A DNA stretch of 64,000 nt from Terriglobia bacterium (GTDB lineage: Bacteria > Acidobacteriota > Terriglobia > 20CM-2-55-15): the NCBI GenBank assembly GCA_963555775.3, contig CAUVWY020000001.1:69534-133533 (forward strand), given 5' to 3'. A model generated the notes under the pieces. That model had not been told where the DNA came from. It saw only the letters and a list, made by a program, of their open reading frames with translations, and made no database searches. Each line of letters starts with the position of its first letter. The first letter of the stretch is position 1. Below, piece after piece: positions 1-9,862 of this stretch. The translations under genes were made by a program, and so were the position numbers.

Positions 1-1
1 T

Positions 2-712
2 GTGATCACCGTCTCGGAATCGACGCGGCAGGATCTGATCAACATATTCGACATCAGCCCGGACAAGGCGTCGGTGGTTCACAACGCGCTCGACGGACGG
101 TTCACCCAGGGGCACGATTCCGTGGTACGAACGTCGATTCTGGAACGTTACCAACTGAAGAACCCATTCATTCTCTATGCGGGCCAGATCAAACCGCACA
201 AGAACATCCACCGGTTGATCGAAGCGTTCGCGGTCCTGAAGAACGAACTGGCAGAGAACAAGAAATACAGGAATATGAAGCTCATCGTCATCGGCGATGA
301 AATTGCCAGGCACCCCTACCTCAGACTGACCGTAATTCGAAGCGGCGTCCAGCAGGATGTCCGGTTTCTGGGAACGGTACCGGGCGGCGTCCTCCAGGTG
401 TTCTACGAAACGGCCGCGCTGTTCGCCTTGCCGTCGCTCTACGAAGGGTTCGGCCTGCCCCCCCTTGAAGCAATGGCGAACGGCACGCCGGTTGTCGCTT
501 CGAACACGTCGTCGCTGCCGGAAGTATTGGGAGATGCCGCCCTGCTGGTGAACCCCGAAAACGTCTTCGAGATCGCCCGCGCCATGAAACGGATCTTGAA
601 CGATCCGGCGCTACGGCAAACCCTCATCGAGAAAGGCCGGGCCCAGGTCCGCAAGTATTCGTGGAAGGACTCCGCGGAAAAGGTTCGGGCAACCTATATG
701 GCGGCTGGGTAG
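2..712 (+). CDS. Glycosyltransferase family 1 (GT4 clan), C-terminal part; 5' end outside window
   Basis: ORF is open at the window edge. '[28 protein letters not shown]' matches the conserved GT1 C-terminal sugar-nucleotide binding region. Confidence 0.85.
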   Translation: MITVSESTRQDLINIFDISPDKASVVHNALDGRFTQGHDSVVRTSILERYQLKNPFILYAGQIKPHKNIHRLIEAFAVLKNELAENKKYRNMKLIVIGDEIARHPYLRLTVIRSGVQQDVRFLGTVPGGVLQVFYETAALFALPSLYEGFGLPPLEAMANGTPVVASNTSSLPEVLGDAALLVNPENVFEIARAMKRILNDPALRQTLIEKGRAQVRKYSWKDSAEKVRATYMAAG

Positions 713-741
713 CCAGGGCGCATGGACTGGCGCCAGACCAA

Positions 742-1005
742 CGGCGCGTTCCTCGCGCCGGGCGCGTAGCGGCGCGTGCCTCGCGCCGGATCAAGCGCGA
801 GGACGCATATCCTTGTACCAGACCAGGCACCGATGCCCGCACCCGGGTTGCCCATATCCGGAATACCGAGCCTTCAGGGGCGTAGCCTGAAAGTCCATTC
901 AATCTCTTTGCGGGCAGGATGCTCGCGTTCTCAGGCGCGTTCCTCGCGCCGGTCGCGCGTAGCGGCGCGTTCCTCGCGCCGGATCAAGCGCGCCTTGGGA
1001 ACGGC
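742..1005. repeat. Composite hairpin-rich intergenic repeat, locus 1 of 4
   Basis: Four copies of ggcgcgttcctcgcgccgg start at 743, 771 (1 mismatch), 934 and 964. Also present: 'tctttgcgggcaggatgctcgc' and 'cccgcacccgggttgc'. The same modules recur at 44.7-45.1 kb and 57.9-58.3 kb, partly in inverted orientation. Confidence 0.75.
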
Positions 1006-1070
1006 ACGAAGAGTCGGGCTTCCGGAATTTCTGAAATCCCGGATTGAAGAGGGGACAGTGAAACGACCGC

Positions 1071-1691
1071 TCAGTCGAACGTCAGAGGCGTGCCCGCGCG
1101 GATTTCACGAAACCTGATGTTCGAAACCATCGCGATGCGCGTGCCGGGCGTGTCGATCAGCGTGGTTCTTCCCAAGCGTGTGATGTTGAGGTTCCGGCCG
1201 ACGATGCTGATGGATTGGGGGCCCGGTTGTGTGTTGATCTCAATGGTCTTGACCGCAAGCGGACTCACATAGCGATCGATCTCAGCCGTGCTGGCCCTTG
1301 CAATTTCTTCAATGGCCTGGGCATCGGGCCCAATGTCGTCGAGCAATGTATAGACGCCGAGTTGGTTGGTCCCTCCCGTCATGATCTCAATGACCGTCAT
1401 GATTTCCGCAGGCAATCCGAAGTCGTCGGACAGGCCGACGCGATGATGCACATCGAAGCTGAGCAATCCGCCCCTCTGGGTGTAAGGGAGCTTGATCAAT
1501 ACGCCCTGTGCCGGAAGCACGGTGATGGGAACATCGAAATAAGATCGGTCGGTCGACACGCCGGTACCGAAAAAGAGGTTCCGCGGCGCGCGAACCTCGA
1601 ACTGTAATTCCGCACCCACCGTCTGATCCTGCGCAAAGGCCGCGGGGATGACGAAGATACCCACGATGAAAGCCAACGCCATCTGACGCAT
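1071..1691 (-). CDS. Hypothetical secreted protein
   Basis: 206-aa ORF with a signal-peptide-like N-terminus 'MRQMALAFIVGIFVIPAAFAQDQ'. No family recognised. Confidence 0.55.
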   Translation of the reverse strand: MRQMALAFIVGIFVIPAAFAQDQTVGAELQFEVRAPRNLFFGTGVSTDRSYFDVPITVLPAQGVLIKLPYTQRGGLLSFDVHHRVGLSDDFGLPAEIMTVIEIMTGGTNQLGVYTLLDDIGPDAQAIEEIARASTAEIDRYVSPLAVKTIEINTQPGPQSISIVGRNLNITRLGRTTLIDTPGTRIAMVSNIRFREIRAGTPLTFD

Positions 1692-1715
1692 CGGAACCTC
1701 CGTTGGTTCAATTTT

Positions 1716-2117
1716 TCAAACTATAGCATGGAGCGCTATTTCGATCGCCTGGTCCCGAAGCACCCGGTAAGCGCGGATCTCGGGCCGGGGGCCGACAAGC
1801 GACACAACCACGTGGGCCGCATCCGGATAGTGCGCCCCGGCGATGTCCCGAGTCGATAGAACAGCGGGACTCGAAGGGTGGGAATGGCAGACCGCGACCA
1901 TTTCTTCGCCGGATGCGCGGAGCGATCTGAACATCCGGAACAGAAACTCCGGTTCGACGGCAAACGCCGTCCCGCTATGCAGGGCATTGACCGCCGGCAG
2001 GTAGCGGTCCGCCGAATCGCCGCGCCCCACAAAGAAGCCGCAAGCTTCCTCGGGAAAGCACTCCCGTGCGTGGGCGACGAACCGGCCCAGAACACCGTCG
2101 GCAACCCGCAGGTTCAA
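1716..2117 (-). CDS. JAB/MPN (Mov34) family metallo-isopeptidase
   Basis: JAMM motif 'HSHPSSPAVLSTRD' (HxHx7Sx2D) plus an upstream 'EEACGF' Glu. The apparent start is TTG at 2117, overlapping the upstream small-ORF stop (TTGA). Confidence 0.8.
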   Translation of the reverse strand: MNLRVADGVLGRFVAHARECFPEEACGFFVGRGDSADRYLPAVNALHSGTAFAVEPEFLFRMFRSLRASGEEMVAVCHSHPSSPAVLSTRDIAGAHYPDAAHVVVSLVGPRPEIRAYRVLRDQAIEIALHAIV

Positions 2118-2221
2118 GGAAAGATCCTTCCCGGATTGATGACGCCATGTGGATCCACGGTCCCTTTCATCGCATCGGTCGCCGCCGGCTGGAGCACACG
2201 GGAAATAATCGTAGACTTCAT
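2114..2221 (-). pseudogene. 35-codon ORF resembling the extreme C-terminus of FAD-linked (GlcD/GlcE-type) oxidases
   Basis: Manual translation gives MKSTIISRVLQPAATDAMKGTVDPHGVINPGRIFP. Compare the GlcD tail 'FNPRGLLNPGKVFP' and GlcE tail 'FDPDGRLNPGR' in this window. ATGA overlap with the upstream gene and TTGA overlap with the JAB gene. Confidence 0.3.
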
Positions 2222-2382
2222 GATGCCGATATCAAAGCGTGCTCAATCGTCATGGAGACCAGGTTTCCATTCTCGTCCAGATCCAGGTAGATGTTCTCAG
2301 ACACCTCTCGGGTCTCGGCGACCAACTTCGAGGTAAACTCAATGAGTGCCGTGTCGGTATCTTCAAAGTAGTTGATCTTCAT
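2218..2382 (-). CDS. DUF2283-like small protein (54 aa; not in the ORF track because it is under 60 aa)
   Basis: Manual translation gives MKINYFEDTDTALIEFTSKLVAETREVSENIYLDLDENGNLVSMTIEHALISAS. The Y-x-x-x-D-x-L-x-I...DLDENGNLV-x-x-EI pattern matches my recollection of DUF2283. Confidence 0.55.
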   Translation of the reverse strand: MKINYFEDTDTALIEFTSKLVAETREVSENIYLDLDENGNLVSMTIEHALISAS

Positions 2383-2421
2383 ACTTTTCCCTTTCTCGGA
2401 TACCCCCGGTCGAAAGCGATG

Positions 2422-4041
2422 CTACGGGTCCCACGCCCAGAAGGCCGTCTGGTCGCCAACAGTGGAAATCACCTCGATGAGCACGGTGTCGCTTGCGCCC
2501 AGCTCGTCCAGGAAACGATTTGCCGTGATACCGAGCGTGCGTGAATCCGAATCGGTGATCTCTGCCAGTTCTTCCTGGGACATGGCCACCCGCGATGCCG
2601 CGTTGCGGTAGTACTGAATCCCGTATTCCATCCACGGATCCGGCTTGTAAAGGATCAGTTCCTGGTCGCCGTCGATCAATTGGCTCAACTCCGCTTCCCA
2701 CGGCCTCATGCTTTCCATGCTTTGAATCCTGGGGAAGACCGCCATTGTGATCGCCAGAACCAGAACCGATATTGACACAACGTTGACGACTCCCAACGCG
2801 GCCGGCGGGAACCAAAACGCGATCGCCACCAGAATTCCCGCCAAAGCAAAGGCGGGCGCCAATGCCAACGTCCCATCGAGTTGAAGATCCACGTTGAGGG
2901 AATCGCCGAAGAAACCCAGAGTCACACCGATCGCAACCCACAGCACAGCCTGCAGGAACACACCGATCCTGAAACCGGCGGTCACTTCGCGCCTGAGGAT
3001 CTCACGGGCGGTAAGAAGAGCCAGAGGGGGCACCGCCGGCAGGATGTAGGCCGGGAGCTTGGAACCGGCCAGCGAGAAGAACACGATCGGCACCGCGGCC
3101 CAAAGCAACGTCAGTTGTTCGCTTCGCTTATATCGTTGGCGTAGTGCGGGTATCAGAACGAAGCTCCACGGGAAAAACAGCAACAGGAGGGCCGGCAGAT
3201 AAAAATAGAATGGCTGGGGATGCCCATGCACTTCGGAAGTAAAGCGCTGAAGGTTGTGGTTCAGAAAGAAAACGTCGAAAAACTCCCTGCCGTTGACCCA
3301 CGTGACGATGCCGTACCACGGCCCCGCAACGAGTGCCGTAATGGCGAGCCCTTCCGGATGCCACGTCTTCCAGTCTTGCCGGGTGCCCCTCCACAGCGTG
3401 AACAGGCCGAGCGACAATACAGGCAGGATGACGGCGACCGGGCCCTTGGCCAGGACCCCAAGGCCGATCGCCGCGTAGAATGCGTAAAAAAACCAGCGCC
3501 GGCTTTCGGTTCCGTCGTTCAGGGCGACCAGAAAGAACGCCAGAGCCGCGGTAAGCGAAGTCGTCAGCAGCATGTCCATGGACGCCGCCCGTGCCAACGC
3601 AAAAAATCCAACCGATGTCGCCATGATCGCGGCGGCGGTAAAACCCACGCCCCGGTCGAACACCCGCCGGCCGCACCAGTAGATGAGAAAGACCGACAAG
3701 GTGGCGCCAAGCGCTGATGGCAGGCGGGCGCCGGTTTCTCCGACGCCAAAGATGGCGTAGCCGAGGGCCGCAAGCCAGTACATCAGAGCGGGTTTTTCGA
3801 ACCAGTTCTCACCGGCCAGCCTCGGCGTTACGTAGTCCCCGCTCACATACATTTCGCGAGCGACATCCGCGTAACGCGGTTCATCGGGACCCATGAATCC
3901 GATTCCGCCAAGCTGGTGAAGGAACAGGATGTAGCAGAGGGCGGCGAGAACGACCACGATGAGGTAGTCGAGATGCCGGTCGCGGTTCGGTCTCATGTCA
4001 AGAAAATATGTGACAATATCATGAATGCACGTTGGGGCCAA
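2422..4041 (-). CDS. ArnT-like / PMT_2 family membrane glycosyltransferase (GT39/GT83)
   Basis: Polytopic membrane protein. 'GPDEPRYADVAREMYVSGDYVTPRLAGENWFEKPALMYW' is the typical first-loop DE motif region. The start could instead be Met16 at 3996. Confidence 0.8.
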   Translation of the reverse strand: MAPTCIHDIVTYFLDMRPNRDRHLDYLIVVVLAALCYILFLHQLGGIGFMGPDEPRYADVAREMYVSGDYVTPRLAGENWFEKPALMYWLAALGYAIFGVGETGARLPSALGATLSVFLIYWCGRRVFDRGVGFTAAAIMATSVGFFALARAASMDMLLTTSLTAALAFFLVALNDGTESRRWFFYAFYAAIGLGVLAKGPVAVILPVLSLGLFTLWRGTRQDWKTWHPEGLAITALVAGPWYGIVTWVNGREFFDVFFLNHNLQRFTSEVHGHPQPFYFYLPALLLLFFPWSFVLIPALRQRYKRSEQLTLLWAAVPIVFFSLAGSKLPAYILPAVPPLALLTAREILRREVTAGFRIGVFLQAVLWVAIGVTLGFFGDSLNVDLQLDGTLALAPAFALAGILVAIAFWFPPAALGVVNVVSISVLVLAITMAVFPRIQSMESMRPWEAELSQLIDGDQELILYKPDPWMEYGIQYYRNAASRVAMSQEELAEITDSDSRTLGITANRFLDELGASDTVLIEVISTVGDQTAFWAWDP

Positions 4042-4936
4042 AGCCCGTGTCCAGTACAGTTTAGCAAGACTCCTGCTCGGGTTTTTCAGGGTTTTGCCGC
4101 GCCGGATCGCTTATCCCGCCGGACGCGTGCTTGCCGCGGCCGGATACCGGATCGCCACCCGCCAGCGCAACGTCGCGTTCCACAACCTGGGCATGGCGTT
4201 GCCGGACCTGACCGAGGCCGAGCGCATCCGGATCGTTCACGGCGTATTCGACAACCTCGGCCGCCTTCTGGTGGAATTCAGCCACTTTCCGGAACTCAAC
4301 GCGTCCAACATTCAAAATCTGGTCGAGTACGAGGGACTGGAGCACTACCTGGACGCTCGGGCCCGGGGAAAGGGCGTGTTGTTTCTGACCGCCCATATCG
4401 GCGCATGGGAATTATCGTCCTTCTCCCATTCGGTCTACGGCCATCCGATGAAGTTTCTGACGCGCCACATCGACAACCCCCTTGTCGAAGGCCTGATCTC
4501 CGGCTATCGGACGCGGGCCGGTAACGGCGCCATCGGCCGGGCCGGCGCCGCGCGCGAGGTGCTGCGGGCCCTGCGCAACAACGAAACCGTTGGAATCCTG
4601 ATCGATCAGAACACGACCCGCAGCGATGGCGTCTTTGCGGACTTCTTCGGTATTCCGGCAGCCACCACCGACGGACTGGCCGTATTTGCCCTACGGACCG
4701 GCGCCAACGTGATTCCGGGCTTCATCCGGTGGGATCGGACCCGCGGGAAGCACGTCCTGGAGTTCCAGCCGCCGGTCGAACTGATACGGACGGGGGACCG
4801 AGACGCCGATGTCCGTGCAAATACGACACGATTCAACGGCGTGATCGAGAACTTCGTCCGCCGGTATCCGGATCAGTGGCTGTGGATTCACAAAAGATGG
4901 AAGACACGTCCCGAGGGAGAAGAGGAACTGTATTGA
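4025..4936 (+). CDS. Lipid A biosynthesis (Kdo)2-lipid IVA acyltransferase family (LpxL/HtrB/MsbB)
   Basis: 'LTAHIGAWE' H-box region and the C-terminal 'YPDQWLWIHKRWK' are typical of this family. Confidence 0.8.
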   Translation: MHVGAKARVQYSLARLLLGFFRVLPRRIAYPAGRVLAAAGYRIATRQRNVAFHNLGMALPDLTEAERIRIVHGVFDNLGRLLVEFSHFPELNASNIQNLVEYEGLEHYLDARARGKGVLFLTAHIGAWELSSFSHSVYGHPMKFLTRHIDNPLVEGLISGYRTRAGNGAIGRAGAAREVLRALRNNETVGILIDQNTTRSDGVFADFFGIPAATTDGLAVFALRTGANVIPGFIRWDRTRGKHVLEFQPPVELIRTGDRDADVRANTTRFNGVIENFVRRYPDQWLWIHKRWKTRPEGEEELY

Positions 4937-5083
4937 ACCGCCGTATCGATGGGGGCGTTCCGGGGGTGTTCCACACGTCCCGCGCACCGGCATGGGCTCG
5001 CCTGTGTGTGCGGAATGAGAGACGGGAAGAAGGCACGAATCCGATCTAATGGAACGGACCGAGTGCGCCCCTTGTGCAGGCGG

Positions 5084-5944
5084 TTATCCGATCCCGCCGT
5101 AGGCCAGCTTTTCGAGCCGCGCGATGCGGTCGTCCATCGGCGGATGCGTACTGAACAGGCTGGCCATTCCACCCCCGCGCAAGGGGTTGACGATGAACAT
5201 GTGCGCGGTCGCGGGATTTGCATCGAGTGGAATCCGCTTGGAAGCCACGTCCAGCTTCTTCAATGCGCTGGCCAGCCACAAGGGATTTCCGCAGATCTTC
5301 GCTCCGGTGGCATCGGCCTGATACTCGCGGGAACGCGAAATCGCCATCTGAATCAGCATCGCGGCAATCGGGGCCAGAATCATGACCGCCAGCATGCCGA
5401 TGATGCCGCCGCCGCGGTCGTCGCGCCGGTCGCCCCCGAAACCGCCGAAGATCATCGCAAACTGAGCCATCGTCGCCAGCATGCTGATTGCGCCCGCAAC
5501 AGCCGCGGCAATCGTTCCGATCAAAATGTCGCGGTTCTTGACGTGAGCCAGTTCATGCGCCATGACCCCAGCGAGTTCTTCGCGATTGAGAATCTTCAAG
5601 ATGCCGCGAGTCGCCGCGACGGCGGCGTGATGAGGATTGCGGCCGGTCGCGAAAGCGTTGGGGCCATCCGAAGGAATCAGATAGACCTTCGGCATGGGCA
5701 AGTTGGCCCGCGCCGCAAGATCGCGCACGACACGGTAGAACTCGGGCGAATCGCTCTCGGTGACTTCCTGCGCCTTGTACATCTTGAGGACGATCTTGTC
5801 GCTGAACCAGTACGAAAACCCGTTCATGGCGATGGCGATCGCGAACGCACCGATCATCCATGTCCGGCCACCCAGTGCGCCACCCGCCAACACGAGCAGT
5901 ACGGTGAGTCCAACCATCAACACGGCTGTCTTTGCGGTATTCAT
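5084..5944 (-). CDS. htpX: Zinc metalloprotease HtpX (peptidase M48)
   Basis: '[10 protein letters not shown]' HExxH motif, two N-terminal plus two central TM segments, and a typical HtpX C-terminus '[13 protein letters not shown]'. Confidence 0.9.
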   Translation of the reverse strand: MNTAKTAVLMVGLTVLLVLAGGALGGRTWMIGAFAIAIAMNGFSYWFSDKIVLKMYKAQEVTESDSPEFYRVVRDLAARANLPMPKVYLIPSDGPNAFATGRNPHHAAVAATRGILKILNREELAGVMAHELAHVKNRDILIGTIAAAVAGAISMLATMAQFAMIFGGFGGDRRDDRGGGIIGMLAVMILAPIAAMLIQMAISRSREYQADATGAKICGNPLWLASALKKLDVASKRIPLDANPATAHMFIVNPLRGGGMASLFSTHPPMDDRIARLEKLAYGGIG

Positions 5945-6013
5945 CCACGAACCTCCAGCACGGCGGTCATCGACCGCGGCACAATTTCAATTCTACGATC
6001 GATCGGTCCCCTG

Positions 6014-7261
6014 TCAAATGGCACGGCGGAGGAACTCGGCGATATGAACCACTTCAAGATCCAGGCCGTGCCGGCGGGCACCGTACTGGAGCTGGAACAG
6101 GCAGCCCGGATTGCCGGTCACCAGGACATCCAGGTTGGCGGCCTTGACCCGCTCCATCTTGCGGTCCAGGATTTCGGTGGCCAGTTCCCGGTGCGTCAGG
6201 TTGTAGACACCGGCACTGCCGCAACACTCGTCCGCGCCTTCCACTTCGACGAACTCGACTCCGGGAATCGCTTTGAGGAGTTCGCGAGGTGGTTTCCGGA
6301 CGCCCTGCGCATGCAACAAGTGGCAGGGATCGTCGTATCCGACGCGGGCGGTCACCTTTCGGGACAGGCGACTCCGAACACGCGTCGACGCCAGAAAGGC
6401 CGACACGTCCAGCACCTTCGACGAAAATCCGGCGGCGCCATCGATCAACAACGGATACTCGGCCAGCATCGCTCCGCAGCCCGACGCATTGACCACTATC
6501 GCCTCGACATCCTCGGGAAACTTGTCGACGTTCACGCGTGCCATACCGCATGCGGCGTCGCGCAAGCCCGCGTGGTTGGCCAACGCTCCGCAGCAAATCT
6601 GCCCATCGGGAACGATAACGTCGAATCCCGCCGCGTTGAGAAGATCGACCGTGGCGCGGTTGACATCCCCCAAAAGCGAATTCATCACACAACCCGAGAA
6701 AAACGCGACGGTCCCCGCCGGCTGGCCGTGGGCCCGATACGTGTGCCCGATCTGGACTCCGGTCTGAAGCGCCACTTCGGGCGTCATTGCTTCAGCCGCC
6801 GCATAGGACGGCGCGATTCGAGCCAGGAGTCCCGTCGAACGAACCAGCCGTTGGAGACCGGTCTGCCGATAGAACTGCAGCAATCGAGCGGCAAGGTCGA
6901 ATCTTCTGGGATAGGGAAACACGTGCCGCATAACCAGGCTCATGATGGGATTGGCCGGACGCTCCTCGACGATTCGACCCCGCATTTCTTCCATCATGCT
7001 CCCGAACTGCACGCCCGACGGGCAGGCGGTTTCGCAGGCGCGGCAATCCAGGCATCGGAACATGTGCTCGGTGAAGGTATCGGTAATCGCGGTCCGCCCC
7101 TCATCGAAGGCCCGCATCAGGTGGATGCGCCCGCGGGGCGAGTCCATCTCGTTGCCCAGGACACGGTAGGTGGGGCACGACGAGAGGCAGAGACCGCAGT
7201 GGATGCAGTCGAGGTAGCCTTCCCGGGTCGTGCGCTCCTGTTGGTGAACGACGGTGCTCAT
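6014..7261 (-). CDS. glcF: Glycolate oxidase iron-sulfur subunit
   Basis: Two 4Fe-4S ferredoxin CxxCxxCxxxCP motifs ('CIHCGLCLSSCP', 'CLDCRACETACP') plus CCG cysteine-rich domains. ATGA overlap with the glcE stop. Confidence 0.85.
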   Translation of the reverse strand: MSTVVHQQERTTREGYLDCIHCGLCLSSCPTYRVLGNEMDSPRGRIHLMRAFDEGRTAITDTFTEHMFRCLDCRACETACPSGVQFGSMMEEMRGRIVEERPANPIMSLVMRHVFPYPRRFDLAARLLQFYRQTGLQRLVRSTGLLARIAPSYAAAEAMTPEVALQTGVQIGHTYRAHGQPAGTVAFFSGCVMNSLLGDVNRATVDLLNAAGFDVIVPDGQICCGALANHAGLRDAACGMARVNVDKFPEDVEAIVVNASGCGAMLAEYPLLIDGAAGFSSKVLDVSAFLASTRVRSRLSRKVTARVGYDDPCHLLHAQGVRKPPRELLKAIPGVEFVEVEGADECCGSAGVYNLTHRELATEILDRKMERVKAANLDVLVTGNPGCLFQLQYGARRHGLDLEVVHIAEFLRRAI

Positions 7262-8373
7262 GCGCGATTCTCTCCGTCCACGTGACGACCCGGATTCAAA
7301 CGGCCGTCCGGATCGAATGCCGTTTTGACTTTTCGCATCAGTGCATACTCGGCACCGTCGAGACCGAAAGCCGGCACCTGCTTCCGGACATCCAGAGACG
7401 CCCTTTCGATCGTTGCCGAGAACTCCCGGCGCAAGCGGGGAATATCATCGACGTCGACGGTCATCGACACGGTGCCGTTCGCGGCATGCGCCAGCCAGGA
7501 CTCCGGATGAAACCGTTCGAGAAGTCCGGGCACCTGGGCGGGCAATGCCGCGACCCTCACAAGAGGTTCGGAAAGTCGAGTGTAGCAATTCCGAACGTCA
7601 TTCCAGACCGATCCTTCGGTCTCGCGGTCGAAGTGATCCCAACCCTCGCCCGGCAACCGGTCGAGTTGCCATTCGACGGCTCTGGAATGCTCACCGAATC
7701 GAATTGTAATGGTGTTGTCCGGTCCGGTCCAGACCAGCGCGATCGGATCGAGCGGCCCCGTCCGGATCCGGCGAACAATTTCGGCCGCCTCCTGAAGACC
7801 GGCAACCCTCAGACGTGCGCTTGCCGTGGTCTGGTATGCGGCACGCAGTTTGAAACTGATCTCCGAGATGACCGCGAGCGAACCCAGAGAGCCCGTATAC
7901 AGCTTGGCCAGATCGTAACCCGAGACGTTTTTGACCACACGTCCACCGGTCTTTGATTCGCGCCCTCCCGGGTGCACAACCTTCATACCGATGATCCAGT
8001 CCCGAATCGTGCCCACTGCCCTCAGCGGGCCTTGCGCGTTGGTCGCGACGATTCCCCCGATCGTGGCATCGGGTCCATTCCATGGGTCCAGGGGCAGCAT
8101 TTGCCCGTATTCATCGAGGGTCGCCTTGAGCTGTCCGAGTCGGACGCCGGATTCCACGTGGATGGTCAGATCGGAGGGAACGTAGGCGGTGATCTTGTCA
8201 AGGCCGCTGGTTACGATAACGGTATCGACGGGTTCGAGCGGGTTCCCCGTCTCGAGCTCGGTGCCGGCGCCGACCGGGGCGACCGCGCCGGTTTCGGCAC
8301 TCATCATGTCGGAAAGTTCCGAGGCCGACGATGGGACAAGGACTCGATCGACTTCCCGGGAATCGACGATCAC
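7258..8373 (-). CDS. glcE: Glycolate oxidase FAD-binding subunit
   Basis: FAD-binding PCMH-type domain, positioned between glcD and glcF. I place the start at GTG 8373, which overlaps the glcD stop as GTGA. The longer ORF-track start lies inside glcD. Confidence 0.8.
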   Translation of the reverse strand: MIVDSREVDRVLVPSSASELSDMMSAETGAVAPVGAGTELETGNPLEPVDTVIVTSGLDKITAYVPSDLTIHVESGVRLGQLKATLDEYGQMLPLDPWNGPDATIGGIVATNAQGPLRAVGTIRDWIIGMKVVHPGGRESKTGGRVVKNVSGYDLAKLYTGSLGSLAVISEISFKLRAAYQTTASARLRVAGLQEAAEIVRRIRTGPLDPIALVWTGPDNTITIRFGEHSRAVEWQLDRLPGEGWDHFDRETEGSVWNDVRNCYTRLSEPLVRVAALPAQVPGLLERFHPESWLAHAANGTVSMTVDVDDIPRLRREFSATIERASLDVRKQVPAFGLDGAEYALMRKVKTAFDPDGRLNPGRHVDGENRA

Positions 8374-9848
8374 GACCGGACCTCGTCGACGCCCAGTACG
8401 TATTTTTCGATCCGCCGCGCCGCCTCGGCCGTACTGGTGACTCCGGGCCCCACTTCGGTGCAACTCGGCTTGGAAGGAAACACCTTCCCGGGATTGAGCA
8501 AGCCGCGGGGATTGAAGACGCCCTTGACCAGTTTCATCACGGCCAGGTCGTCATCGTTGAAGATCATGCACATGAAGTCTTTCTTCTCGACACCGATACC
8601 GTGTTCTCCGCTGAGCGCCCCGCCCACGGCGACGCAAGTCTCCATGACGGCTTCGCCCATCTTGTGGATGCGTTCCACCTGGTCGGGGTCGCGGCTGTCG
8701 AACAGGATCAGGGGGTGGAGGTTGCCGTCCCCGGCATGGAACACGTTGGCGACCGGAAGGCCGTATTGTTCGGACAGGCGTTCGATCGCCTTGAGAACCT
8801 CGGGCAGGCGGGTGCGCGGAATCACCGCATCCATCGTGATCATGTCCGGACTGATTCGCCCCATGGCCCCGAAGGCGCCTTTTCGGCCGAGCCACAAACG
8901 CGCCCGTTGTTCCTCGTCCTGCGCCACGCGCACTTCGAAGGCGTTGTTCTGATTGCAGATGTCCACGATCATCGATGCCGTCTCTTCGACGGCAACCTCG
9001 AAGCCGTCAATCTCGATCAGCAGGCTCGCCGCCGCATCCAGCGGATAACCCGCCGCGTAGACCGAGGCTTCGACGGCCTCGATGGTTCGACGATCGACGA
9101 ACTCGAGCGCGGCAGGCATGATGCCGGCGGCAATGACGTCTGAAACTGTCTGGGTGGTTTCCTCAACGGAACGAAAGGACGCGAGCAGGGTCTTGACGGC
9201 CTGGGGCTTCTTGAGAAGACGAACTGTAATCTCGGTGACGATGGCGAACGTCCCCTCGGATCCGACCAAGGCGCCCACCATGTCATAGCCGACACGTTCA
9301 CCCGTGGCGCTCCCGAGCCGGACGACCGTGCCATCGGCGAGAACCGCTTCGACCTCGAGGATGTGGTTGGTCGTCATTCCGTACTTGAGGCAGTGGGGTC
9401 CGCCGGCGTTTTCGGCAACGTTGCCGCCGATGCTGCACGCGACCTGGCTGGATGGGTCCGGAGCATAGTAGAGACCCAGGTGCGACACGGCCTGGGATAC
9501 ATGCGCGTTGACCACCCCGGGCTGGAGAACGGCAATCCGGTTCTCGGCGTCGACGGAAAGGATGCGGTTCATCTGCTGCAACTCGATGATGATTCCACCC
9601 TCGACAGCCAGCGATCCGCCGCTCAGGCCGGTTCCCGCGCCTCGTGGAACGAAGGGAACGCCGTATTCGTTGGCCACGCGTACGACCGCGGCGACCTGCT
9701 GGGTATCCGCCGGAAACACGACAACATCGGGAACGTTCTTGAACAGTGGAAGCGCGTCGCATTCGTAAACCAGCAACTCGGTTTCGTCGTCGGTCAAACG
9801 TTCCTCGCCAAGGACCGCTTTGAGCCTGTCGATGATCTGCCGATTCAT
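8370..9848 (-). CDS. glcD: Glycolate oxidase subunit GlcD (FAD-linked oxidase)
   Basis: 492 aa. FAD-binding domain 4 plus FAD-oxidase C domain ('GTGLSGG', 'SGEHGIG') and operon context glcDEF. Confidence 0.9.
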   Translation of the reverse strand: MNRQIIDRLKAVLGEERLTDDETELLVYECDALPLFKNVPDVVVFPADTQQVAAVVRVANEYGVPFVPRGAGTGLSGGSLAVEGGIIIELQQMNRILSVDAENRIAVLQPGVVNAHVSQAVSHLGLYYAPDPSSQVACSIGGNVAENAGGPHCLKYGMTTNHILEVEAVLADGTVVRLGSATGERVGYDMVGALVGSEGTFAIVTEITVRLLKKPQAVKTLLASFRSVEETTQTVSDVIAAGIMPAALEFVDRRTIEAVEASVYAAGYPLDAAASLLIEIDGFEVAVEETASMIVDICNQNNAFEVRVAQDEEQRARLWLGRKGAFGAMGRISPDMITMDAVIPRTRLPEVLKAIERLSEQYGLPVANVFHAGDGNLHPLILFDSRDPDQVERIHKMGEAVMETCVAVGGALSGEHGIGVEKKDFMCMIFNDDDLAVMKLVKGVFNPRGLLNPGKVFPSKPSCTEVGPGVTSTAEAARRIEKYVLGVDEVRS

Positions 9849-9862
9849 GGGATAAATGCTGT

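Noticed and set aside
4949-7285. 778-aa plus-strand ORF spanning the htpX and glcF region
   Set aside because: It lies antisense to two genes with unmistakable motifs (HExxH; 4Fe-4S/CCG). The product is Arg/Gly/Ala-rich with no motif. This is a typical shadow ORF of GC-rich DNA.
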